IMG/VR virus record: IMGVR_UViG_3300011008_000002
Strand: one strand, 5' to 3'
DNA: 64,000 nucleotides
DNA from: a virus
Lineage: Duplodnaviria > Caudoviricetes
Made by a program: the position numbers and the translations under genes. The notes beneath the pieces are model-generated. The model ran no database searches. It had not been told where the DNA came from and saw nothing but the letters and a program-made list of their open reading frames with translations. Of this stretch, positions 48,982 through 58,407 are shown in pieces. Every line of letters starts with the position of its first letter. The first letter of the stretch is position 1.

Positions 48982-51900
48982 TTAATGAACAATCAGACGT
49001 TCACCATAATAGATGATATCTTTTGCAACGTAAGCATTGACTATTTCGTCATATTCAATATTGGGTTGATACCCTTCTATTGAAGTAGACAATTTCGACT
49101 CGAATACCAAACGATTAATTTCATCTCTGAAGTCCAATCCTGCAAATACAATATCCCCTTTAGAATATTCTTGAGATGCTTCATATTTATCATCTGAACT
49201 TACAATGATATCAAACGTTTCACGAAGAATTTCAAGCTTACCAGTTGCTAATTCAATTTTCTCTTTATTGTTGTCCCACACTTCCATCATAGTAGATTCA
49301 TTGGTGGGAACATCTGGTTTCTTTGTATGAACGTCCATATATGGATTATCCTTACGCTGTTTTTCATTCCAATCAATACCAGTGAGAATTTCAAAACAAG
49401 CTCTTTTTAACTCAATAAGAACTTTGTATCCAATTTCAACGGTAATTACAGAAGGAGTACCACGTTGTAGAATAGCTGATGGGGCAAGAGGAATGTCAAT
49501 TTCCTCATATGGACGAAATGCTGTATACGGTTCCAAACCACGAGGTACCATATATCCGTTAGTTGCTTTATTTGCAGACATATGAGCAAATTTATCACCA
49601 TCTGATACTTCATCGTGATAAGTAACGTATATTTCTACAAGAACTCCATCATGGACATCAACACCTGCAATCTTACCATATTGGTCTGGTTTTACCATAC
49701 CAACTGAGTCTGTAAAGAATATTCCTTTCCTATATACGGAGTTTTTATTTTTATCGTACTTGTCCATATAGGAACGTCTTTGCCTATCGTGTTTCTGGAC
49801 ATTATCGACCATCTTCTTAAGCGATGGTGACAGTTGATCAAGTTCAACCGCAGGATAAACCCTAATGTCTGCAACTACGCCATCGTGCTTTGATGTATAC
49901 TTAGAACGCCCAAGATTTACAATATCCTCTTGCAAATCCTGCCTTATAGATTTCATAAGTTCATTCATCTCAGCATCAGAATATGCAGTATCGAACCTAA
50001 TAAGGTCGTCACCATTCTTTATATGGTCTCCAATCTTTGCGATATAATCAACATTGGAATTCTTTCCAATAACTATGGAAACTTCTTTCATTGTTATATC
50101 TGCTGACATTGCACGACTTAGCCTGTATGTAGACCACATAGAGTCTTCATAGGTTGCCATATTTGATAAGCAGGCAGTCTTTACTCTAGTACCATATGTG
50201 AGTTTGTTACCAAGGACACCAGTATCCTTGTAATAGTGCTTATCAAAAGCCAATATTGTATCTTTCTTAAACTTGTCTCCTTTCTTAAAAGAAGAATCAA
50301 GCTTATTATCGAGATAGAAACCACCACCGCCATTTTGAACAATCTTCTTATCCAAATCAATAGCATGAATAGAACCATCTTTATACTTAATCACCATGAT
50401 ATTGACATTATCATCTCTATCAATAACTTCACCATCCTGCTTCGCTACATATGAAAAATCATTAGATGTACGATACTGGATAGTTGAGTCAAAACCATTT
50501 GTGATAAGAAGTGGACTTTGTTCCATTACAGGAATAGCATGACAAGATTGTTTACTCGTCATAGCTGTACGGTTCGGGTCATCATGAGCAACACCCATTG
50601 GATATGTCATTTCCTCTGTAGTCATGAGTTTCGTAACATCAAGGTTCTCTGCATTCTCACGACCAACAATATCAAGCATACCATAGGCGTTAATAACATT
50701 GGGTTCTACAACCAAATGCCTCTCTTTACCGCAGTTTCCTGATATATCCGTAGAAACTCCAATGAGACCAACCATATTGTCATGATAATTACGTTTTTCC
50801 TCGCTGTAACTCCTATCCTTATTCATACCAACGTAACCCTTCATAGAAGTTACTCCGAACTGTTTTACTTCAACGATAGGTGAAAGGGTACTATAAGAAT
50901 CAACAGTAGGAAGAGCATTCAATTCCTTAATAACACAATCCGGATCCAACGTAAGTTTCTTCGGATTAGCATTATTCGCTGTCTTACGATAGCTCTGGTA
51001 AGCTTTGGTCATATTCTTATAAAGAATTGCAGGTATGATTTCTACACTTCTTAACCTATACAAACGAGGATCAGTATCAATTGAGAATGAACTATCTGCA
51101 AGCATATTACTCGCAAATATCATAAGAGATACTACATCTTCAGGATAACCAAGAAGTTTTAGAATATCCAGAGTTTTGAAGTCAATCATAAACTCATAGA
51201 AATTAATAAAACCGCCTGCATAATACCCACTCCCAAGTAGCTGTTCAAATATGGTAATGTAGGTTTCTCTCTCATCAAGTTCCGCTATAGTAAAATCTTT
51301 CATAACAAGTTCTGTATATCCATTGAATAAAAGACAAGATTCCAAATCATTCATAGCATATTTCAGATAGCCATCCTTAAATTCGATATACATATAATTG
51401 TCTGAGCTATCTTTCTTGTCAACAAATTCAACCCTGTCCTCGCCAGTCAAGTTATTGAACTTTTGAACCACCGTAGTGAGACCCTCAAAAAACGTAACCG
51501 CAAATATGAGAGGAAAATCCTTCTCCATCATAGTAACGTTGTTATGGACATACTTTCGTCCAGACGATAGCCTCTTGAATGTATCATAATACACTGGCAT
51601 TGACTCATTAACAATAAGAGATACCATATCTTGATGATCAGCGTTCTTTGTATTGTATACGATTGGAGTTTTATTTTTCCCTTTATATCCAATCATAATC
51701 TCCTCTAACGTGGAATCCTTATATTTATCACCAAGTTCTTCTTTCAGCATATCTACTGAAAATACGAATGTACAATCATTAATGATGATTTTATTGTACC
51801 TTGAAGCTAAATCATCATATTCAAGACAAGTCAGATATGGTTGATTGATAACTGAGTTATCGCCTTTATATACTCGAATATTGACATTATCAGGTCTTTT

Positions 51901-53688
51901 GCTAGGGTCGACTAAGATTTTCTTAAATCTCTCCATATTCGGGTTAAACCTTGTGCCATGACGAGTCATCCAAACTTTATTATAGTTGGTAACTATCTGA
52001 AGTTCATCAGGACCAGTCTTTATAATAGGAAGACCAAAAAGTTGTTTCTCAATAACACGTTTCTTCCCATTTATGATGAGGAATTTATCATCAACGAGTT
52101 TAGGAATATTAACCTTCATAGTATGACGTTTCCTATTCTCATCCTCAAATTCCACCGTATAAGTGTCCTGATACACAAGCTCTGTTGAAGTATCTTCAAC
52201 TGTCACGTTAATGATATTGACGTTAATACTTTTATCATTGAATGATGTGAGGGCTCTTGCGATATCCCTATCCATCATCTCATTGATGTATACTGACTCA
52301 AAGTTATAAAATCTAACATTCTTTAATTCATCATTATCCGTAACAGCATTATCAATCTTGTACTCAGGAATTACAGGGGGTTCAGGTATTTCTGCAACAA
52401 GTTCACCAATGGTCTTATCCTTGATTTTTAGTTGCATCTGTCTTTCACGTAACATTTGATCGCGTTTTAGTGAAGCCGCCGTTTTTGTACCTGCCCTCTT
52501 ACCGGTAACTGAATTGAGATAAGAAGATTTAAGAGTATCATCGTTTTCAATTTCCTCAATAGTATCATCAATGGCTTCTTCTGCATCTCTATCCATATTG
52601 GAAACATCTTCATCTTCGATACCAAGAGTTTGAGCCTCTGCCTTAAGACGTTTCTTTTCTTCCTTTAACTCTTCCTCTTTATCAGCTTCTGTATCCTTTG
52701 TCTTTTCAATTTTCTTCTCTAACTTTTGAGCCGCTATATCAGCTGCAATTGTATGAGCATCCTCACCGGTCTCAAATGAAACAGGTACAGGACCAGTAGC
52801 ATTCTTCTTCAATCTTTCAGCGATAGTTTCATCCAAATCAGTCTTGATGATATTGTCAACCTTCTCATCAATCTTATTGAATTTAGGACTAATACGTTTA
52901 GTGAAGTTTACTAACTTCGTATAATTCTCTCTCTTGAAATCTTCCAGTGAGTTGACAAGAATGTATCCCTTTGTAGTATAAAAAAGAATGCTTATCTCAG
53001 GGACATCCATCATGATCTTATAGATTACATTATTGGATTTCTTAAGCATAATCATCATGTAATCGTAAAATGAATAATCTGTAAGCTCACAATTCGGATT
53101 ATATTCATCCAAATCAATGAATATTGGGGACTTCTCATATCCCTGAAATTGTAACCCATTATAGAAATTACCTATTGTCTTAAAATATGTCTTCAATCTT
53201 TCAATCAAAGGCATTTTCTTTAATCTAACTTGATAAGAAAGTAATCTCGTAACGGGTTCCATGTCGTAAACGACATTCTTTTGAGCTAACGTGTTAAGAT
53301 TTAATGGAGTAATAACATTCGGACAAAGTTCCTGTATTACCCCATAATCTTTAAGTCTCTCCTTCTTGAGAACCAGTTTGGTTTTCCCTGGGTTTTTGAC
53401 ACGAGGAGATTTGATACTTCCTCTAACCCTAAGAAAATCATAATAATATCCTCTATAAGAGGAACCTATGTTCATAATTCTCGGATGCTTATTGTTAAGA
53501 ATTGTAGCAATACTCTGGGGAGATGTATTGAGAAATGGTACCATCATTCCCTTATTACTACCTTCCTTTTTAGGCATTTGCATCTTATCCTTCGTAACTG
53601 AAAAATCATTGACATTCTCCAGTTTCTTCATTTCCATTATAGCTGAAGGTATCATAGCATCTAACCCTTCAAAAACTACTAATTCCAT
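48982..53688 (-). CDS. Phage RNA polymerase beta subunit (probably virion RNAP), N and C parts in one ORF
   Basis: FLIINGKKRV, RNYHDNMVGLI...GNCG, HDDPNRTAMTSKQ, TYEDS and GDKFAHMSANK correspond to conserved beta regions; ACA-N6-TAA at 53724-53735; terminal VFE|G and TNE|S sites. Confidence 0.92.
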   Translation of the reverse strand: MELVVFEGLDAMIPSAIMEMKKLENVNDFSVTKDKMQMPKKEGSNKGMMVPFLNTSPQSIATILNNKHPRIMNIGSSYRGYYYDFLRVRGSIKSPRVKNPGKTKLVLKKERLKDYGVIQELCPNVITPLNLNTLAQKNVVYDMEPVTRLLSYQVRLKKMPLIERLKTYFKTIGNFYNGLQFQGYEKSPIFIDLDEYNPNCELTDYSFYDYMMIMLKKSNNVIYKIMMDVPEISILFYTTKGYILVNSLEDFKRENYTKLVNFTKRISPKFNKIDEKVDNIIKTDLDETIAERLKKNATGPVPVSFETGEDAHTIAADIAAQKLEKKIEKTKDTEADKEEELKEEKKRLKAEAQTLGIEDEDVSNMDRDAEEAIDDTIEEIENDDTLKSSYLNSVTGKRAGTKTAASLKRDQMLRERQMQLKIKDKTIGELVAEIPEPPVIPEYKIDNAVTDNDELKNVRFYNFESVYINEMMDRDIARALTSFNDKSINVNIINVTVEDTSTELVYQDTYTVEFEDENRKRHTMKVNIPKLVDDKFLIINGKKRVIEKQLFGLPIIKTGPDELQIVTNYNKVWMTRHGTRFNPNMERFKKILVDPSKRPDNVNIRVYKGDNSVINQPYLTCLEYDDLASRYNKIIINDCTFVFSVDMLKEELGDKYKDSTLEEIMIGYKGKNKTPIVYNTKNADHQDMVSLIVNESMPVYYDTFKRLSSGRKYVHNNVTMMEKDFPLIFAVTFFEGLTTVVQKFNNLTGEDRVEFVDKKDSSDNYMYIEFKDGYLKYAMNDLESCLLFNGYTELVMKDFTIAELDERETYITIFEQLLGSGYYAGGFINFYEFMIDFKTLDILKLLGYPEDVVSLMIFASNMLADSSFSIDTDPRLYRLRSVEIIPAILYKNMTKAYQSYRKTANNANPKKLTLDPDCVIKELNALPTVDSYSTLSPIVEVKQFGVTSMKGYVGMNKDRSYSEEKRNYHDNMVGLIGVSTDISGNCGKERHLVVEPNVINAYGMLDIVGRENAENLDVTKLMTTEEMTYPMGVAHDDPNRTAMTSKQSCHAIPVMEQSPLLITNGFDSTIQYRTSNDFSYVAKQDGEVIDRDDNVNIMVIKYKDGSIHAIDLDKKIVQNGGGGFYLDNKLDSSFKKGDKFKKDTILAFDKHYYKDTGVLGNKLTYGTRVKTACLSNMATYEDSMWSTYRLSRAMSADITMKEVSIVIGKNSNVDYIAKIGDHIKNGDDLIRFDTAYSDAEMNELMKSIRQDLQEDIVNLGRSKYTSKHDGVVADIRVYPAVELDQLSPSLKKMVDNVQKHDRQRRSYMDKYDKNKNSVYRKGIFFTDSVGMVKPDQYGKIAGVDVHDGVLVEIYVTYHDEVSDGDKFAHMSANKATNGYMVPRGLEPYTAFRPYEEIDIPLAPSAILQRGTPSVITVEIGYKVLIELKRACFEILTGIDWNEKQRKDNPYMDVHTKKPDVPTNESTMMEVWDNNKEKIELATGKLEILRETFDIIVSSDDKYEASQEYSKGDIVFAGLDFRDEINRLVFESKLSTSIEGYQPNIEYDEIVNAYVAKDIIYYGERLIVH

Positions 53689-53852
53689 AAGGGAGTTCCC
53701 TCCTTTCTTTTCACTTGAAATACTTACAGAATTGTTAAAACGAGCAGTTTGAATATAAAAAATAATAAGCCGAGAGCCTGCACCAACGCGAAGCCCTCAG
53801 CCTATACATTTAATCTGGTATGGTAGAAGTTTACCATTAAATGGATTGTTTG

Positions 53853-54557
53853 TTATCTAACATCAAAATCTGTACGTTCTGGGTAATAATCAAGGAATGG
53901 ATTACTAGCATAGGTGAACTTAATGACCATAGTCGCAATAAATTTTTCAATAAGGTCTAATTCATCTAGTACATTCCATATACGACAATTACCATTATCG
54001 TCAATTCTCCATAGTTCATTAAAGTCAAACTTCGCCTCCGTACCAAATACATTATTTGCATTCCATATATCGTATATTCTAGCTATAATTTGAATAACTA
54101 ATCTGATATTTGGATTATCAAGTCTCAAATATTTATAGAGATGAGACACTGACCATTTACCAGATATACGATATAATTCTGAAAATGAACGAGCTATTTC
54201 ATTAACATCATAGCTCATCTCACCAAATCGTTCATATATAGCGTCATTAATAACCAAATATCTATCATCACACACCCCATCGCTATACTTACTAAACAAC
54301 TGAAGTTGACTTGCCATAATAATACTTGGTTCTTCATATTGTATCATATGTCCCAATTTGTACTCTATAGCAAGCAAACATTCTTCAACATTTTCAAATT
54401 TTGAAGAGTTAAAATCATTTTTAACGCCAAAGCGGTTCATCATTTCTTCATACTTTTTGAACAAAAACGCATTGGTAGTATATCCAGAAAACAAATCCCG
54501 TAGATTTGCATTATCTGGTACAAAACCATAGCATTTAATGTTGTCCTTGGTTTTCAT
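53853..54557 (-). CDS. Hypothetical protein (234 aa)
   Basis: RBS AGGAGGT; operon with the two upstream ORFs. Confidence 0.75.
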   Translation of the reverse strand: MKTKDNIKCYGFVPDNANLRDLFSGYTTNAFLFKKYEEMMNRFGVKNDFNSSKFENVEECLLAIEYKLGHMIQYEEPSIIMASQLQLFSKYSDGVCDDRYLVINDAIYERFGEMSYDVNEIARSFSELYRISGKWSVSHLYKYLRLDNPNIRLVIQIIARIYDIWNANNVFGTEAKFDFNELWRIDDNGNCRIWNVLDELDLIEKFIATMVIKFTYASNPFLDYYPERTDFDVR

Positions 54558-54570
54558 CTGTAATAACCTC

Positions 54571-55230
54571 CTAGAAAATTTTGTTCAACCCGCAGAAACG
54601 TAAACGGTAAAGATAATTTATTTCTAACTCAATTGCATCAACGTAATACTTATGATTTATACTATCATAGAAATCATTCATAACGGTTGGTGCGTATTTT
54701 ATTATAGAAGTTAATATATCTACAATGAACTTATTATTTTTATTACTTGGATTGAGATAACGAGCCAATGTAAGTAAACCCGCTATAGATTGAAAAATAT
54801 CATATTCATTGTAACCATTGGTAGCATCTTCAGAGAATGTACTTTCTAGTATTTCGGTTGTGATATATGATCTGTCCATCAACTCAGTAGAATAAGAGAT
54901 AAGAGTCGTCAAAGTTGATATCTCATATAAACGATTTTGTCTCCTCGACATGTTATAGAGGGTCTTACTTACAGCTGATATAAACTCTGGGTCGACTTCT
55001 CCAAGAGGTTGATCATCATATGAGGTTTCTCTTTGAAATTCATATACCTCTATCTCTACATATTTTCCAATCAAATTCTCAATTTGGTCATGGTACATTC
55101 TCATGGTACAAATATTATTTGTACATCCACGAAATAAATCTTTATTTAGGAATACAAGTTCTGCTATAACGTTATCCTCAGGTAATTCCGTTTCCTTTTT
55201 CTCTACTATATCCAATACATAGAATGTCAT
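54571..55230 (-). CDS. Hypothetical protein (219 aa)
   Basis: RBS GGAGGTG. Confidence 0.75.
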   Translation of the reverse strand: MTFYVLDIVEKKETELPEDNVIAELVFLNKDLFRGCTNNICTMRMYHDQIENLIGKYVEIEVYEFQRETSYDDQPLGEVDPEFISAVSKTLYNMSRRQNRLYEISTLTTLISYSTELMDRSYITTEILESTFSEDATNGYNEYDIFQSIAGLLTLARYLNPSNKNNKFIVDILTSIIKYAPTVMNDFYDSINHKYYVDAIELEINYLYRLRFCGLNKIF

Positions 55231-55248
55231 TCAAACTCACCTCCAATA

Positions 55249-55884
55249 TTACGCTTCTTTTATTTCAGCTAATATAAATTGTAATGTCTGATAGTAAATA
55301 GTATAATTCGGTTCAATAAACTTATTACCATAGATAGTACTATAGAAACTACAGATTTCTTCAATAATATCATCGTACTTCATTAGCATTTTACAAAATG
55401 GACTAAGTATATCTCTATATTCTGAATTCAAATACGCTACTGGTATTAGAATAAGTTGAGATACTGGTAATCCATCAAAAACGCCAATTTCTGATTCAGC
55501 TAGTTGCTCTAAAATCATATGATTGCACATTGACTCAAATTGACCATAGAACCAATTTGGTCCACAATCAATTTCCACCATATAATCGTATGATAAAAAG
55601 AAATCATCATCTAAATTATATCTATTATTTATATACTCTATCATAGCATACGAACCATATTCTATATCATCTGGATATTCATAATCTATGATTTCATAAC
55701 CTAACTTATTAAATGCATTATAAAACCATTTGTTGATATAAGCCATATAAATTTCCACTATGGTTTTATTCCTGTGAATTATATTAAAGAAAAAGAAGTA
55801 TTTAGAAATGTAGAAAGCCACATCTGTCTTGTCAGGTAATGAAGCAGCTCTTATAAATGGAGAAATTGTATATATTTTTTGCAT
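55249..55884 (-). CDS. Hypothetical protein (211 aa)
   Basis: ATG 55884 after GGGAGGTG; TATATTAA at 55911-55918 (minus). Confidence 0.75.
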   Translation of the reverse strand: MQKIYTISPFIRAASLPDKTDVAFYISKYFFFFNIIHRNKTIVEIYMAYINKWFYNAFNKLGYEIIDYEYPDDIEYGSYAMIEYINNRYNLDDDFFLSYDYMVEIDCGPNWFYGQFESMCNHMILEQLAESEIGVFDGLPVSQLILIPVAYLNSEYRDILSPFCKMLMKYDDIIEEICSFYSTIYGNKFIEPNYTIYYQTLQFILAEIKEA

Positions 55885-55926
55885 TTTATCACCTCCCTTT
55901 ATCTTACCATTTAATATATTTATATA

Positions 55927-55979
55927 AAAGTTAAGAAGACCATCAGGTTTCATCCATACCCAATGGTCTTCTTAACTTT
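55927..55979. terminator. Strong hairpin, probable terminator
   Basis: AAAGTTAAGAAGACCAT/ATGGTCTTCTTAACTTT 17-bp stem. Confidence 0.7.
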
Positions 55980-56104
55980 ATCTGTACTCATACATGAAAA
56001 AGAATTAGGAAACTGGCAACATTTTCCTACTGGAAGGTTTATTTTCCAATTTATTTCTATGTATATATGACAATAAAAAATTATAATAAAAATAATATTT
56101 AATA

Positions 56105-57147
56105 GAAGGGCATACATAAACTTAATGTAGAACGCGGGCATGTCACGTTGTTTAGTTTAAAGTAACAACCAATAATCGAACGTTTATCTCCTAGAGACAA
56201 GCGTATTGGTCACAAGAGATGCGAAACGAATTAGATGACAATATGTGTACGAGTCTGTTAATATGCAGGACGTGGAGTCGCCAGTAGCAATACTGGTAAC
56301 GAATGCTGTAAGAACTGCCACTTATTCATTAAAAATGCTCTCGCGACTATTGGTATGTATGCTGTAGTAATCTACATACTAGGTCATGATCGAAGAAAAC
56401 ATCCTACGAGAGCGGGGATTTAGTAGAGGTAGCACCCCTTATTTTGTAAGGCAGAACCACTATAAACATTATGAAATAGAGAATGAAAGAGACGTTTATA
56501 GGGGAGGCCGTGAGCTCGAATCACCTTATGGGATAAGAAGACCTATCGTATTAAATTGCTGGATGTAGGCCCTTTAGGAGCAGGTGCATTAAAAGACTGA
56601 GTGAGAAGGTCGAGTGGGTGGTCACTAGCTCGGTATGCAACCCCACAACTATGGACGCGAGGGTTGGGACCCGTACCAAACTTAATCGTGGGTTTCACAG
56701 GATGGAGCAGACGGTCGCCTAGGTAGCGACGAATTAAGTACAACCTCATACACCTAGATTCGGTTGGTTACAATAGAATCTCATCGTATTTATAGAATAA
56801 AAGAGCTATCGCAAGATAGATACTACAAGTCGGGGGCACTCGACGTCTCAATGTAAAACGGTTGCAAACGGTTTGCCATGTTTGCGATACGATGGAAAAT
56901 AAGAATTGTGGTAGGAGCATCATAGTCCATCCCTAATCATGATTATCTTATTATATCGCGAGATATGTGATATCACAGGTAACGTACAGTTCTTCTTGTG
57001 GTGCTGTACGTTATTCCTATATAAGACGATAATTCGATGTCGTCGAATGCTTTCGAGGTAAGTAGCATGATATCTTTTCGATGGATATTAAAAACTTTAG
57101 TATCTGATAATTTTGCCTCCAGATACGCCTTCGCGTGGGGGTATTTT
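56105..57147 (+). ncRNA. Candidate large structured non-coding RNA (about 1 kb), family unassigned
   Basis: No credible ORF, GC-richer than its flanks, GNRA-capped hairpins (56281-96, 56806-19, 56953-66) and many nested helices. Ends are approximate. Confidence 0.65.
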
Positions 57148-57229
57148 GTAGTTCAAAAATAACTTTTTAGGATTGCTGACACAAATTTTAACAAGCAGAA
57201 AGAGGTGAAAAATGACAGAAACATTGTAA

Positions 57230-57860
57230 ATACGGGTAACCAGGCTTATTTTAGCTGGTTACCCGTATCGTTTCAGTCCTAAAAATCCCAAAATTTTCAC
57301 TTTTCTCGTAGCCGTAATTTACAGTAAAAGAAAGAAAGAACCAAAGAAAGAAAATCAACACAAAATAACCCCGTGGGTCCCCCCACCCCACGGGGTTATT
57401 TTGGTGTTGTTGATTTTTCATTTTATAAAAAACCAAAATTTTTTTCTTATCCGAAAAAGAAAATTTTTCGAAAAAAGAGAAAAAGAAAGAACCAAAGAAA
57501 AAGAGAAAAATCTAAACGAGAATTTTATATATTTCGTAGCCTTATTTAAGAAAAAATCCGCCTGTACAGGCGGATTTTTAAAACAAAGAAGTCGCTTACG
57601 CTCCTATTGTTTTCTACACGAGATATTCATAATATTGATTTTATCCAATTTTCGTAGATTAAAATCCGAAATTTGAATTTATAAGAGAAAATTTAATAAA
57701 ATATTAAAAATTGGATTTTAGGAAATTGGATTTATGAAAACCAAAATTTAAAATGCGAAATTTCCGAAAATCTTGTACGTACAAACAAAATCAAATTTTG
57801 AGCGAAAATAACGGATTACAATACGGAAAAATTCAATTTCCGAGAAAAATATTTGCGTAC
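57230..57860. other. Origin- or terminus-like non-coding region with large inverted repeats and A-tracts
   Basis: 14-bp stem at 57230-57268; 17-bp stem at 57361-57403; 28-bp palindrome at 57552-57579; 19-nt direct repeat at 57331 and 57482. Confidence 0.4.
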
Positions 57861-57918
57861 CTGTTATATATTATAATATATAACAATTTTACATGAAAGA
57901 ATAATTGGGGGGTGAAAT

Positions 57919-58377
57919 ATGAAAACACGAGAAGAAATTGTATACATTGCATACAGAAATAAACAAGTATTTGTATACTCATATGATATAAATGCGTTCT
58001 TTACTTACTTGAAATCTTTATATGAGAGAAATTCCAATATTTACTTGGAACTAGAAAAGAAAACTATTGAAAAATGCGAGTTTTCATATCAGTCCTTGTA
58101 TCCAGAGGAGGAGTTGGTAGAATTTGTTGAAAATGAATATATGCCCATCTGGGAATACCGTATTTGGCGGCGTTACTGGGACAGTATCAGACTAAAAACT
58201 TTAGACTTAACCTCTGAAGAAAACAAAAATAATCCTGCTTTGAAAAATGTCGATAATTTTCTCTATTACGTTGGATATGATAAAGTAAAAGAGAAAATCA
58301 AATTGGATAATATTGTTTTCGAACCAGAAAGTTATTTAATGGATTTGGAATTCAGCCAAATAATCGAGGACAAATAA
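57919..58377 (+). CDS. Hypothetical protein (152 aa)
   Basis: RBS GGGGGTG; TATATTAT at 57867. Confidence 0.75.
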   Translation: MKTREEIVYIAYRNKQVFVYSYDINAFFTYLKSLYERNSNIYLELEKKTIEKCEFSYQSLYPEEELVEFVENEYMPIWEYRIWRRYWDSIRLKTLDLTSEENKNNPALKNVDNFLYYVGYDKVKEKIKLDNIVFEPESYLMDLEFSQIIEDK

Positions 58378-58407
58378 TTAAAATCCAATGAGAAAGGAGT
58401 GAAAATA

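Noticed and set aside
53755-53850. Two hairpins between the early operon and the RNAP beta gene as a possible riboswitch
   Set aside because: They lie upstream of the beta gene's own promoter motif and are adequately explained as a 3' UTR plus terminator.
56335-56930. Possible group I intron (GACTAT...ATAGTCC resembles P7)
   Set aside because: No interrupted gene flanks it and I could not identify the other core elements. No group II, RNase P, tmRNA or tRNA signatures were seen either. It needs a covariance-model search.
55950-57676. Short ORFs in the large non-coding interval
   Set aside because: No RBS, low complexity or overlap with clear RNA/DNA structures; treated as non-coding.
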